Of a stretch of DNA of 64,000 nucleotides, positions 31,138-41,280 are shown piece after piece. The stretch is from Acidobacteriota bacterium (lineage in GTDB: Bacteria; Acidobacteriota; UBA6911): contig OY761556.1 in NCBI GenBank assembly GCA_963664705.1, positions 4,608,001 through 4,672,000 of the forward strand, in the 5' to 3' direction. Position numbers and translations under genes: made by a program. Position 1 is the first letter of the stretch. Each line of letters begins with the position of its first letter. Under the pieces are notes generated by a model, which saw nothing but the letters and a program-made list of their open reading frames with translations, searched no databases and was not told the origin of the DNA.

Positions 31138-32652
31138 GTGGCTGATCTTCTGGACAATATGTTTTCCCGACGCCGTTTCATCCAAAGTGTTGCGCTGACT
31201 TCTGCCAGCCTGTCAATGGGGCCCTTTTTTACTTTCGGTAAACCTGCGGCTCTGAAGCCGGTAAAGCGCGTCATGGGGCGCCTCGGATTTGAAACCACGA
31301 CGCTCGGCCTGGGCGGGCAGGCATCCTTGGAATGGACACCGGCGGGGGTTGATCCGACCAAAATCATCCTGAAGGCTTTTGACTTGGGAGTAAATTATTA
31401 CGACACTTCCAATGTATACGACGGAAGCCAGGAGAATTACGGAAAGGCATTTCGTGAATTGCATCTGATTCCCGACCAGCCGGGATACAATGAACGGCTC
31501 CGCAGCTCGATCTTCCTGACCAGCAAAACCGCACTTCGCTTCGGCAAAGGTGGTTGGAACAAACAGGGGTTGATCAATGTAACCAACGGAGCGCCCGGCT
31601 CGCATGCGGCGGACGACCTCCGACGGACACTTTCACAGATATTTGGTGACGGTCGAGGCTCTTACCCCAAAGGGGCCTACCTCAATATGGTCTTGCTCCA
31701 TAGCGTTTCGAGTACGGCAGACATCGATGCTCTTTATGAGGGGTACAACAATACCGATGCCAAGGCGGAGACGATCGGCACGCTGGCCACGTTGATTGAT
31801 TACCGTGACGGCACCAACCTGACGGGGCTCAATCCCAGGGAAGAAAAGCTGATCCGGCATATTGGATTTTCGGGACACGCGACTCCTGCGGTCATGATGG
31901 AAATGATTCAACGGGACACGCGCGGCGCGCTGGAAGGCATGCTGGTGGCGATCAACGCCAATGATCGTCTCAATTTCAGCATGCAATACAATGTCATCCC
32001 TGTCGCTGCGGCCAATAATATGGGCCTGATCGCAATGAAGGTTTTTGCCGACGGAGCGATGTATGCAAAAGACGCGGTTTTTACTTCGAAGCCGGAGCAG
32101 GTGGTTCGAACCGTCGGAAGCAAAACGCTGCCGAGCCGCCAATTGATTGAATATTCATTGAGCACACCTGGAATCCACACGGCCATCATCGGTACCGGTC
32201 ACATCGATTCCGATCCCGAAGCGTGCCAGTTGAATCAAAATCTCATCGCGGCACAAATCAAGCCCAACGGCCTCGCCGTCTCTGATCGGAGGGAAATTGA
32301 AAAACTGGCCGGTGCTGTCAAGGGAGGAAAAACCAATTACTTCCAAGCGCCCGCCCAACCACTCACGGCTCCGCGCAATGCAGCGGTCAAACAGGAAATG
32401 CAGGGGCAGAAACGCGTAGCTAAGCTGCAATGGCAGACCGCCTACGCGGGCGACGAACCCATCGCACATTACGAAATATGGCGTGACCAGAAGAAGGCGG
32501 GCCAGATTATACACAAGCCGCAGGTTACCCTAGCTCCATTTGCGTTTGAAGAAGCTCTGTCGGACAAAGGAGCGCATCGTTACCAGGTTGTGTCGGTGGA
32601 TGCGGCCGGGCGCAATGCCAAAACCGAAGAGATTCTGCTCCCATCCCTCTAG
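31138..32652 (+). CDS. Aldo/keto reductase with twin-arginine-like leader and C-terminal FN3-like domain (paralog 2)
   Basis: GTG after AAGGAG; SRRRFIQ; same motifs as, and colinear with, paralog 1. Confidence 0.85.
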   Translation: MADLLDNMFSRRRFIQSVALTSASLSMGPFFTFGKPAALKPVKRVMGRLGFETTTLGLGGQASLEWTPAGVDPTKIILKAFDLGVNYYDTSNVYDGSQENYGKAFRELHLIPDQPGYNERLRSSIFLTSKTALRFGKGGWNKQGLINVTNGAPGSHAADDLRRTLSQIFGDGRGSYPKGAYLNMVLLHSVSSTADIDALYEGYNNTDAKAETIGTLATLIDYRDGTNLTGLNPREEKLIRHIGFSGHATPAVMMEMIQRDTRGALEGMLVAINANDRLNFSMQYNVIPVAAANNMGLIAMKVFADGAMYAKDAVFTSKPEQVVRTVGSKTLPSRQLIEYSLSTPGIHTAIIGTGHIDSDPEACQLNQNLIAAQIKPNGLAVSDRREIEKLAGAVKGGKTNYFQAPAQPLTAPRNAAVKQEMQGQKRVAKLQWQTAYAGDEPIAHYEIWRDQKKAGQIIHKPQVTLAPFAFEEALSDKGAHRYQVVSVDAAGRNAKTEEILLPSL

Positions 32653-32666
32653 ATTCGTTCGCATAA

Positions 32667-32715
32667 TCCGTGAAATTCGTGGCCGTCGGCGCCTTTTTGC
32701 CACGAATTTCACGGA
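32667..32715. repeat. Perfect 17-bp inverted repeat (dispersed palindrome family, possible terminator)
   Basis: tccgtgaaattcgtggc ... gccacgaatttcacgga. Confidence 0.75.
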
Positions 32716-32879
32716 GCTGCCCAAGATCCGGCAAAAGATAAATCCATGTAAATTCCAGACTCGCGCAGCTCGGCGCCGGCGTTTTGTTGCAACTTTTTGG
32801 GACCGGCATTCGTATTGATTGCTGTTGTGAATGAAACGAAGGGCTTTCAGGAGCTTCTTTCCTGATACGGAGATCGAAA

Positions 32880-33167
32880 ATGCTGTCCGTCGTCGCAAAA
32901 ATGGATCGAGAAAGTCTGGTCAGGGAAATTTTCGCTGCGCTGCATCAATGGCCTGAGCTGGATCGCCATATCTTCTCTCAAGCTCATTATCATGGGCAAT
33001 CACTGGAGACGATTTCTCGCTCTGTCCAGTTGAGCGTTGAAGAAGTAAGCGGGATTCTCAGACGGTGTGACCGGCAGTTGCATGAATCGTTGAAAGCGTT
33101 CCGAAAGGATAGCGACTGCGGGAAGTCTTTTCCCTTCGACAGTGCAATTTCGCGTCCGGCAGCCTGA
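32880..33167 (+). CDS. Small sigma70 region-4-like HTH protein
   Basis: ALHQWPELDRHIF..HYHGQSLETISRSVQLSVEEV..LRR resembles sigma region 4. Confidence 0.55.
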   Translation: MLSVVAKMDRESLVREIFAALHQWPELDRHIFSQAHYHGQSLETISRSVQLSVEEVSGILRRCDRQLHESLKAFRKDSDCGKSFPFDSAISRPAA

Positions 33168-33186
33168 AGAGTGCAACCCTCCGAAG

Positions 33187-33702
33187 CTACCGCCCGCCGT
33201 TGAGGGGTTTATCGAGGGTGAGCGGTTTCATGCGCATGTGAATTTCGGTCCCCCCCTTCTCAAACCGGACCTCATCCGCCAGTTGATTGATCAGGTAGAT
33301 GCCGCGGCCGCCGGCCGAAAAAAGGTTCTGGCCGGCAATGGGGCTCGGAATGGATTTGGGATCAAATCCGGGTCCGGGATCACGAACAATAATCAGCATG
33401 CCTCGCTGCTGATCGCAGGCAACACAGCATTGGACCTGCTTCGCAGGGTCGTTGGCACTCCCATGCCGGATTGCATTGGCAAGAGCTTCGGATAATACCA
33501 GCTCAATTTCAAATTCGCGTCCCGCGGCGCAACCCATCCCGCTGATTACTGCCATGATCTTCTGGACAACACCGGCAATCGCGCCAATCTCTCCCGGCAG
33601 GATTACCTCGAGTTTCACCAGGAGATTACTGCAATCGAAATCACAGTGCGTAACGGATTCGGTCAACATGTCGGCGATCCTCATACCCGCTTCCGGGCAC
33701 AC
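33187..33702 (-). CDS. RsbW-like anti-sigma factor / Ser-Thr kinase (HATPase_c_2)
   Basis: LVLSEALANAIRHG, RDPGPGFDP, GGRGIYLI..LADEV. Start uncertain. Confidence 0.85.
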   Translation of the reverse strand: MCPEAGMRIADMLTESVTHCDFDCSNLLVKLEVILPGEIGAIAGVVQKIMAVISGMGCAAGREFEIELVLSEALANAIRHGSANDPAKQVQCCVACDQQRGMLIIVRDPGPGFDPKSIPSPIAGQNLFSAGGRGIYLINQLADEVRFEKGGTEIHMRMKPLTLDKPLNGGR

Positions 33703-33888
33703 CCGCTCAAATAAAAACTCTCTTTCTCCTTTATCGGTGCTTTGGCATATTCTGTTTACCTGACTGGAGTATATAACGATCGCTTATCGACGGCAAATTG
33801 GAGGCCGCTTTTCAATGATGTGCTCGGCCGCCGGGAATTGAGCCGCGGACTCAGGCACGCGCCGGAAGGCGGCGCAACGTTTCCCAAA

Positions 33889-34638
33889 ATGAAGACACTT
33901 CACCGCACCAAGGGACTTGTCCAGGAGCTGCACGTCACCAGCAATGGCCCGATGGTTACGCTGTGGTCTGAAGCGGGAATCCGCCATACGGTCTTGGATA
34001 GTGTTTCTCCTCATACGCCCGGGCTTGAATACGCGCGTAATATGCTGGCGGTACTCGCGTTTTGCCCGCGGCCTCAATCATGCCTGATCCTGGGACTGGG
34101 CGGAGGATCCATTCCACGCATGCTGATGGCGGCATGTCCTCATTTGCAGGTGGATGCGGTTGAGATTGATCCTGCGGTTGTGAGGTTGGCCGCGGAATAC
34201 TTTAGCATCGGTTCACTGCCCCGCCTCGCAATTCACCTGGATGACGCGGCCGCGTTCCTGCATCGCTGCACAACACGATATTCATTGATCATCATCGACA
34301 CCTATATCGGAGAACGATTCCCCGACCAATGCACGACGCGGGAGTTTATTGTGGATGCCCGGAAATGCCTGATTGACAACGGCGTGCTGGCTTTGAACTG
34401 GTTGAGTGATGACCTGCAGATTCGGGATCAGCTGTTGGACTGTCTCGAATCATTGATTGGGCCGGTCTGGCAATTGCCCTGCCTGGACTCCGGGAATATG
34501 CTGTATTTCGCTACGGAGGCGGCGCATACAAGATCTACGATCATTTCCGCCGCGGGGGCCGTCGGAGCCGAACTCCCTTTCGAGAATTCGCTCAAACGGC
34601 TCTCGCAGCGGTTGCGGAAGGACACGAGAGGAGATTGA
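33889..34638 (+). CDS. Spermidine-synthase-like SAM-dependent methyltransferase
   Basis: LILGLGGGS, AVEIDP, DDAAAFL, IIIDTY, GVLALN. Confidence 0.78.
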   Translation: MKTLHRTKGLVQELHVTSNGPMVTLWSEAGIRHTVLDSVSPHTPGLEYARNMLAVLAFCPRPQSCLILGLGGGSIPRMLMAACPHLQVDAVEIDPAVVRLAAEYFSIGSLPRLAIHLDDAAAFLHRCTTRYSLIIIDTYIGERFPDQCTTREFIVDARKCLIDNGVLALNWLSDDLQIRDQLLDCLESLIGPVWQLPCLDSGNMLYFATEAAHTRSTIISAAGAVGAELPFENSLKRLSQRLRKDTRGD

Positions 34639-34707
34639 GACTGGATTTCGTTAACGCTACATTCCAAGGGCTCGGACGCACTATCCGAGCCCGAAAGTTT
34701 TTTTACT

Positions 34708-36666
34708 TTACCTGGAGGGATAAAACCAGGCTCCCTGTGGACCGAGGACAAGTCCGGAGATAGAACCGCTTGTCCCTTTACACAAAACGCTCTCACCGGA
34801 ATCAACCATTGAATTGGGATCAAGCAGCGCCGGATACCATTGCAAGGAGGTAGCCGTTCGGATCTTTCCCGTGCTTGCTTTGCCCTGTAGCAAGACACTG
34901 GACCCGCTGACAAAGCCATCCCCCCACAGGACGCCGTCACCCCACAGAACGCCGGTTCCAAAAGCGTTCTGCTTGATTTTCATCAATGAATCACCCCACA
35001 GGACACCATCGCCCCACAGAACACCATCGCCCCACAGGACGCCATCGCCCCACAGAACGCCGTCACCCCACAGGACGCCATCGCCCCACAGGACGCCATC
35101 GCCCCATAGAACACCGTCGCCCCACAAGACAGACTGGCCGCTGATAGTGCTGTAGTTCTTGACGGCCGAAGGATTTGCGATCAGTTGCGTCCCGACGGCC
35201 AGGGTATTTGAATTCTGCGAGATCGCTGAAGCCAGCCGCACTGCCCCTTCCGCATTGAGATAGCCATTGCCCTGCTCAATAATGCTGGGAGTGGTCATCC
35301 TTTGCGCGGTATAGGCAAGAACCGCTTTCACCAGGTTCGGCGTTAATGAAGGGTTGGCCTCCAACATGAGCGCCACCGTTCCTGAAACGGCCGGCGCAGC
35401 CATCGATGTTCCGCTCAATGTAAAGTAAGCATAGGAATCCACATTCTGCCCGGTGGGATATACGCGATTGGCCGGATTGTTAACAAAAAGGCTGGAGCCT
35501 TCATTGATAAAGGCAACCACCTTGTTGCCCGGAGCCACGAGGTCGGGCTTTACAATTCCGTCAATCACCGTCGGCCCACGCGAACTGTAACTGGCAACCG
35601 TATCATCACTGCGAATGCTGGTGCCTTTGGTGTCGGTGGCCCCGACGGTGATGACCGCAGGGTCGTTGGCCGGGCTCAGGATGCTTCCATACGCCTTTGC
35701 ACCATTGCCCGTCTGGCCATAATTGCCTGCAGCAACGACCACAACGATTCCCGCTTTGACACATCTTTCCACAGCCTGGCAGAGAGGATCCGTCTTGTAG
35801 GACTCGTATACCGGATGCCCTAAAGACAGATTGATGATCCGGATGTTATAGGCGCTCTTGTTGGCGATGCACCAGTCCAGAGAGGCAATGACATCCGAGG
35901 TACTGCCTGAACCAAGCTTGGTGAGAACTTTGAGATTGATGAATTTGACTTTAGGCGCCACGCCCTTATAGGTATGGCTTGCACCAAGAGAACTCCAGGT
36001 TGCGCGGATTCCATCCCCGCCAATGATGCTGGCAACGTGCGTTCCGTGGCCATAATCATCATAGGTTGTTCCCGAATGGGAAAAATCCGCCGCAGCAACC
36101 ACGCGCTGAACATCCGAATAACCGGCGTTGCCCGAATCGATAATGGCAACGCCAATTCCATTGCCGGTCAATGCCTTCCCGGTAGAGGCTCCGCTCCACA
36201 CCTGGTCGGCCCCAATAGAGGTGGTCGTATTGAAGATGCTGCCTTTGATTTCGTGGTCGATGGAAATCCGAGTCACGTGGGGATGCTTCTCAAGGTTCTT
36301 CAATTCCCCGAAGTGAACCCTGGCCACGGCGATCGGCAGGTTTTCAAATTCCTTCGACACGCTTCCGCCGGCATCGAGAATCGCCTGCTTGCGGGCAATT
36401 TTGGCTGCCTGCCGGAGTTCTCTTTCTCCTGCCGCCGCCCTCACAATGGATTCATCATCCAGGTACTGAACAATCACATCGGCGGTGGCATTGGGATCCA
36501 CCTTGGAGCCGTCAAGAACTTCCAGTGCCGGCTCAAGTTTGCCTAGCCCCAATGTCTGGTTATGCCTGCTTTGCGACTGGCCGATGCCGGCCATGGCAAT
36601 GCACAAAGCAAGTATGGCGAAAACGCCAAGTATGGATTTCGTGCGGACCGCTTTTTGAGCGCTCAT
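34708..36666 (-). CDS. Secreted S8 subtilisin-like (AprX-like) peptidase with C-terminal GVLWGD repeats
   Basis: Signal peptide and pro-region; catalytic triad IIDSG, GHGTHV, SGTSMAAP; AAGN oxyanion motif. Confidence 0.92.
   Translation of the reverse strand: MSAQKAVRTKSILGVFAILALCIAMAGIGQSQSRHNQTLGLGKLEPALEVLDGSKVDPNATADVIVQYLDDESIVRAAAGERELRQAAKIARKQAILDAGGSVSKEFENLPIAVARVHFGELKNLEKHPHVTRISIDHEIKGSIFNTTTSIGADQVWSGASTGKALTGNGIGVAIIDSGNAGYSDVQRVVAAADFSHSGTTYDDYGHGTHVASIIGGDGIRATWSSLGASHTYKGVAPKVKFINLKVLTKLGSGSTSDVIASLDWCIANKSAYNIRIINLSLGHPVYESYKTDPLCQAVERCVKAGIVVVVAAGNYGQTGNGAKAYGSILSPANDPAVITVGATDTKGTSIRSDDTVASYSSRGPTVIDGIVKPDLVAPGNKVVAFINEGSSLFVNNPANRVYPTGQNVDSYAYFTLSGTSMAAPAVSGTVALMLEANPSLTPNLVKAVLAYTAQRMTTPSIIEQGNGYLNAEGAVRLASAISQNSNTLAVGTQLIANPSAVKNYSTISGQSVLWGDGVLWGDGVLWGDGVLWGDGVLWGDGVLWGDGVLWGDGVLWGDSLMKIKQNAFGTGVLWGDGVLWGDGFVSGSSVLLQGKASTGKIRTATSLQWYPALLDPNSMVDSGESVLCKGTSGSISGLVLGPQGAWFYPSR
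34918..35134 (-). repeat. 18-bp coding tandem repeat (8 copies at 34991-35134 plus 2 at about 34918-34953) encoding GVLWGD
   Basis: tcrccccayargacrccr-like units that vary almost only at synonymous positions. Confidence 0.92.
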
Positions 36667-36903
36667 ATCATTCCTCGAGAAAGGTAATCGTTCTTTTACA
36701 CTTGCCTTCTCGACGGATCGAAAGCCCAACTATATGGGACAATATTCTCATTTTTTTTAAGCTCTTTGTGTCGGATGGAGGGTTGTCAATGAGGCACAGT
36801 TCGCCTACCCCGGCTGGCACATTTGTGCCAGGCGTTCGCAAATGTGCTGGCAAAAGCAACGGTTGTAGACAACAATCGCCTGAACAATCAGAGGGAGATA
36901 ACG

Positions 36904-38565
36904 ATGGCTTTGAGCCGCAGGGCCTTTTTGACACAAGTTTCTCTGGCTGCGAGTGTGGCATCCACCTCTTTCTCTCGGAGAGCTGTTGCCTTCGCCCAAA
37001 CCCCGCCCAAAGAGATCCTGGGCAAAACGATCTACGGTCGTGTCCGAGGCATGCGGAATAATGGAGTCTGCATCTTTAAGGGAATTCCCTATTCCGGATC
37101 ACCCGCCGGAATCAATCGATTCAAACCCGCACCGAAACTCAAGCCCTGGACGGGTATCCACGATGCCACCTGCTATGGCGCGCAGTCCATTCAGCCGGCG
37201 GATCCGGCATGGCCGAAGGAATGGAAGCCGGCCATTTCTAGTGAAGACTGTCTCTATCTGAATGTCTGGACTCCGCGCGTGGGGAAAGGCAGCAAAAGGC
37301 CTGTCATGTTTTACTCACACGGGGGAGGATTTGCGACCGGAAACGGCGGTGCCGATGTGGCACCTCAGGATGCCTTTCATGACGGGGCTGCGCTTGCCCG
37401 GGATTACGACGTGGTGGTTGTCACCCATAATCATCGTTTGGGACTGATGGGATACCTCTATCTCGGGGAACTGCTGGGAGACGAATATGCCGCGTCGGGC
37501 GCGGCCGGCATGATGGATATTGCCGCTGCACTCGAATGGGTACGCGACAACATCGAGGAATTCGGCGGGGATCCCGGCAATGTCATGATCTGGGGAGAAT
37601 CGGGCGGCGGCGCCAAGACCACAACCCTTACCGCGCTTCCCAGGGCGAAGGGCCTGTTTCACAAGGCGAGTATAGAAAGCGGCGCCACCCTGCGCTTGCG
37701 TAGCCGCGAATCGGCGGTCGAAACCACTCTGGCAGTATTGAATGCGCTCGGATTGAAGGAAAGCCAGGCACGCAATCTGCTCACCCTGCCGGCTGAAAGG
37801 CTCTGCGCTGTGCAGCAGGAACTTCCCCGGCGCGCATCGCCAACAACATCGGTTTCCAGGGCGCTGGCTGAGGGACTGGGCTTCAGCCCGGTAGTGGATG
37901 GGCATCATGTCCCAAGCCACCCCTATGATCCGGCTGCACCGGCCATGTCTGCCGGTATCCCAATGATTGTCGGGACGAATAAGGATGAAACGCTCTTCAT
38001 GTTCCGCTCGATGCCCGAGCTTTTTTCAATGGATGAGGCGGGCCTTCGCCGGAGGCTGCAGGAGGCGTATAGGGACAACTCGGACAGAATCCTTGCTGTC
38101 TATCGCCGATCAAGGCCCGGGGCATCTCCCACCGACCTGTATGTGGCAATCACAACCGCTCAATGGATGGGAATGAACGCGATTACCATGGCTGAGCGCA
38201 AAGCCGCTTTAAGGGCAGGCCCGGTTTTCATGTACATATTTGCCTATGAATCCGATACTCCTGTTGCACCCGGAATTTCCTACCGGATGAAAGCGGCTCA
38301 TGCATCCGAGATCCCGTTTAAGTTCAACCATCCTGAATCCAATGCATCGGATTCGCGACAGGCTGAGCTGCGGCAGGCGACCAGGAATATGAGCAAAGCC
38401 TGGGCTACATTCGCGCACACAGAAAACCCCAGCCATGCGGATATTCCGAACTGGCCGGCATACACCCTCGACCGGCGTGCAACGATGATACTGGATGCTC
38501 AATGCAGGGTTGTGGACGATCCTTATCGCGAGGAGCGCCTGCTTTGGAATGAGCTTCGGCCGTAA
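36904..38565 (+). CDS. Tat-exported type-B carboxylesterase (PnbA-like)
   Basis: LSRRAFL Tat motif; FKGIPY, SEDCLYLNVW, HGGG, WGESGG, GTNKDE, AAHASEI. Confidence 0.92.
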   Translation: MALSRRAFLTQVSLAASVASTSFSRRAVAFAQTPPKEILGKTIYGRVRGMRNNGVCIFKGIPYSGSPAGINRFKPAPKLKPWTGIHDATCYGAQSIQPADPAWPKEWKPAISSEDCLYLNVWTPRVGKGSKRPVMFYSHGGGFATGNGGADVAPQDAFHDGAALARDYDVVVVTHNHRLGLMGYLYLGELLGDEYAASGAAGMMDIAAALEWVRDNIEEFGGDPGNVMIWGESGGGAKTTTLTALPRAKGLFHKASIESGATLRLRSRESAVETTLAVLNALGLKESQARNLLTLPAERLCAVQQELPRRASPTTSVSRALAEGLGFSPVVDGHHVPSHPYDPAAPAMSAGIPMIVGTNKDETLFMFRSMPELFSMDEAGLRRRLQEAYRDNSDRILAVYRRSRPGASPTDLYVAITTAQWMGMNAITMAERKAALRAGPVFMYIFAYESDTPVAPGISYRMKAAHASEIPFKFNHPESNASDSRQAELRQATRNMSKAWATFAHTENPSHADIPNWPAYTLDRRATMILDAQCRVVDDPYREERLLWNELRP

Positions 38566-38596
38566 ACGGTTTTCCTGGCCATCTTGCGAATCCGCG

Positions 38597-39460
38597 TTAC
38601 CTCAATTGGGAACGCATTTTTGCGAGCCGATCGGACAATGCCAGCTTTTCATCAATGACACGCCTGGGATTCGGAATAACGCCCGGCAGAGGCGCAGGCG
38701 CGTCCGAAATCAGTTTCTGCAACATCGGCAGTTCGGCGGGCTTGTTGAGAATCTCCAGATACGCGGGCGTGATCTTCGCCATTATCGGCGGGGCCTGGGC
38801 ATTGATGCCTCTCAAAAGATCCAATTCGCGCCGAATTGCCGATTGCCAATCAGGTCCATCACCCAGTCGGCTCACGGCTTTCAGCAGATCAGTGCGCTGG
38901 CCGGCAGAAAGCTGCGGCGCACGCAGGGCTGATTCGATGGCCCCCAGATGTTGAATAATGAGCCCCTTCGCCGCAAGGGCCGAGAATAGAGTCCCGCCAG
39001 TCGCCACATCGCTTGAAAAACGCAGGCCGCCGGCCAGCGTGCGCACGGCGTGGTCCTTCTCTCCGGCAAGTAACAGATGAAAGCCATACAGCACATTCAA
39101 CCGGCCTAAAGCCAATGCCTTTCGAACGTACTCCACCGGCGTGTTGGCCCCAAGTTGATAATCCAGACCCCAGTCGCATTCGGGAAGAGTGGTGCCACGA
39201 AGCATAGCTTCCAATGCAGGCCGGTTCCTTTCAACAAGGCTCCGATATTTCGCGTCAGCATAGGGGGTTGTTCCTTCCAGAACAGCCGTTAGCGCTTTTG
39301 CCTGTTCATCCGGCATGGCCGCATCCTGCATTTGAGCGAAGGCCGACCAATAGCGAAGGGCGGCATTCGCACCAAGCCCAGCCCTTTGTTCAGTAGAAAA
39401 CCCACTCAATGAAAAGGTCAGAAGAATAATTGCGGGATAGATCTTGCGCGTCCTCATCAT
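38597..39460 (-). CDS. Secreted helical hypothetical protein
   Basis: GAGG RBS; signal peptide; NAALRYW and CDWG segments; 287 aa. Confidence 0.7.
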   Translation of the reverse strand: MMRTRKIYPAIILLTFSLSGFSTEQRAGLGANAALRYWSAFAQMQDAAMPDEQAKALTAVLEGTTPYADAKYRSLVERNRPALEAMLRGTTLPECDWGLDYQLGANTPVEYVRKALALGRLNVLYGFHLLLAGEKDHAVRTLAGGLRFSSDVATGGTLFSALAAKGLIIQHLGAIESALRAPQLSAGQRTDLLKAVSRLGDGPDWQSAIRRELDLLRGINAQAPPIMAKITPAYLEILNKPAELPMLQKLISDAPAPLPGVIPNPRRVIDEKLALSDRLAKMRSQLR

Positions 39461-39726
39461 CGATATCCTCCTAAAACCCTGCAGCCAATCTTTTCGCCTG
39501 CCACCGGGGTGCGGGAAGCATTCTTACCTGGTTCTATTCATGCACCATCCTTATCGGCAGAATTCGCAGGCTGATACCGGGGATTGGGCAGAACACAGAA
39601 AAAGAAAGATGCGGGCAAAATCAGGGAAATCCGCTCCAGAACATGCTTTGCGCCAAGAAATACATACATACGGGAACAAATTGGGCTCTCCGACGTCTAT
39701 TAAAACTATCCTGAAAGGCCAGTTCT

Positions 39727-41265
39727 ATGTCCTGTTCTAAAGCCCTGATTCAGATTTGCCTTCTTTGTTCCGTCCTCGTACTGATGGCCTGCAAACCAAA
39801 ACCGGTCACTGTTGCGACGCCTGCCATTCGCCCGGAGGTTGCCGAAATTGTGGCCCAGGCAAATGCCCGAATGCGGGAATCGCACCTTTACGCATGGAAG
39901 CAGGCTGAATCCCTATATCAAAAAGCCTATGCGCTCGCGCCCGCCAAAGAGATCCAAAGCGACCTGATGCTGGCTCGTTTTCTGACTCTCGTTCGACAGA
40001 TCGATGAAGATATCCCCTGCCCTGAAGCGGAGACACTCATTAGGGAGTTGGGGACGGGTGATGCATATCAGAGAAATCTGGGCATCATGGCAGAGTGGAT
40101 TCTGAATGGAAGAAAAGTGGGGCAACTCAAACTCAACGCGCCCATCTTCAGAGGACAGGACCCGGCGCTCGAAAGCTATATCAACCTGCTTCTGTTCGAA
40201 GCAACGCCCAGGTTTGACGCATTTTCTTCCCAAAGCCCACAGCCAACCGCCCAGGAATCGCCCCTATTTCTCTATCTGAACACGGCAAAGCTGACCTCCA
40301 TCGATTCGGCGGAATTTGAAAGACGGTATCCGCAGTTTGCCGAAGGATATGCATGCCTGGCGGATCACTATTATCAGAAGAAGCAATATCGTAAGGCTTT
40401 GAGCTTTTACGAGAAAGCCGTCGATCTTATCCCGGAATACATCAATGCACTGGTCGGACTGGGCAACCTGAATTTCTATATCCTCGAAGACTATGCACGC
40501 GCGATGCGTTATTACGACACGGCTATCAAACGGGACACTTCAAGCGCCGCGGCTCTGTTTGGCAAAAGCCTGGTGCTGCAGCAATTGGAGGAATATTCGG
40601 AATCGAACGCCCTCCTTGACCGGATGCTGTCCGGCAGACTCGCGCGTCACAGGTGGATCGAGGGCGTGCCGGATGCGCAGTATTACCAGGGCGAAGGACA
40701 CTATCTGAAGGCTTATAACCATTATCTGATGAACGATCCGGTCAAGGCGCGCGAGTATGTCGATATCGCTGCCAAATTCCTTCCGGATGCCGCGGAAATC
40801 CGCTACCTGTCCGGACTTCTATATTACGAATCAAAGAACATGGAACCCGCGCGCAGAGACTTCCTGCATGTCACCCAAATGGGGAACTACAACTGTAACG
40901 CACAAATGAATCTCGGATTCATCTACGAGCAGTTCAAAGAGACCTACGGGACTCAGCCATTGCCAGGTGACAAAGAACCTGCCGCAAAGAAGTCCCTCCA
41001 GTATTTTGTGGCTGCGGCCGGGTGCATGGAGGCTGTTTCCGGTTCCCTGAGCTACCAGATAAAAAACCTGAACACCCTCGATCTGGACCCAAAGGAAATT
41101 GCCGCTCTCAAGGTGCGGCTGGAGCAAAAATTGACGGATGTTCGGTCGTCATCTGCCACAAACATCGGGAAAATCACCAGCCGCGTTTCGGCAAGTTCCG
41201 AACCTGAGAAAGATGTATTCCTAAAGCACCTGCAGGATATTCTTACGCGCCTCCGCTCCACTTAG
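39727..41265 (+). CDS. Tetratricopeptide-repeat lipoprotein
   Basis: Lipobox-like VLMAC; repeated TPR patterns such as ALSFYEKAVDLIPEYINALVGLG. Confidence 0.8.
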   Translation: MSCSKALIQICLLCSVLVLMACKPKPVTVATPAIRPEVAEIVAQANARMRESHLYAWKQAESLYQKAYALAPAKEIQSDLMLARFLTLVRQIDEDIPCPEAETLIRELGTGDAYQRNLGIMAEWILNGRKVGQLKLNAPIFRGQDPALESYINLLLFEATPRFDAFSSQSPQPTAQESPLFLYLNTAKLTSIDSAEFERRYPQFAEGYACLADHYYQKKQYRKALSFYEKAVDLIPEYINALVGLGNLNFYILEDYARAMRYYDTAIKRDTSSAAALFGKSLVLQQLEEYSESNALLDRMLSGRLARHRWIEGVPDAQYYQGEGHYLKAYNHYLMNDPVKAREYVDIAAKFLPDAAEIRYLSGLLYYESKNMEPARRDFLHVTQMGNYNCNAQMNLGFIYEQFKETYGTQPLPGDKEPAAKKSLQYFVAAAGCMEAVSGSLSYQIKNLNTLDLDPKEIAALKVRLEQKLTDVRSSSATNIGKITSRVSASSEPEKDVFLKHLQDILTRLRST

Positions 41266-41280
41266 GTCTCTTTTTGCGGG

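Noticed and set aside
34918-35134. 18-bp repeats as a CRISPR array
   Set aside because: No unique spacers; the units are in-frame codons of the peptidase; no cas genes.
36814-36831. CTGGCACATTTGTGCCAG as a sigma54 promoter
   Set aside because: GG-to-GC spacing is 9, not 10. It is a palindrome that could be an operator, but I have no further support.
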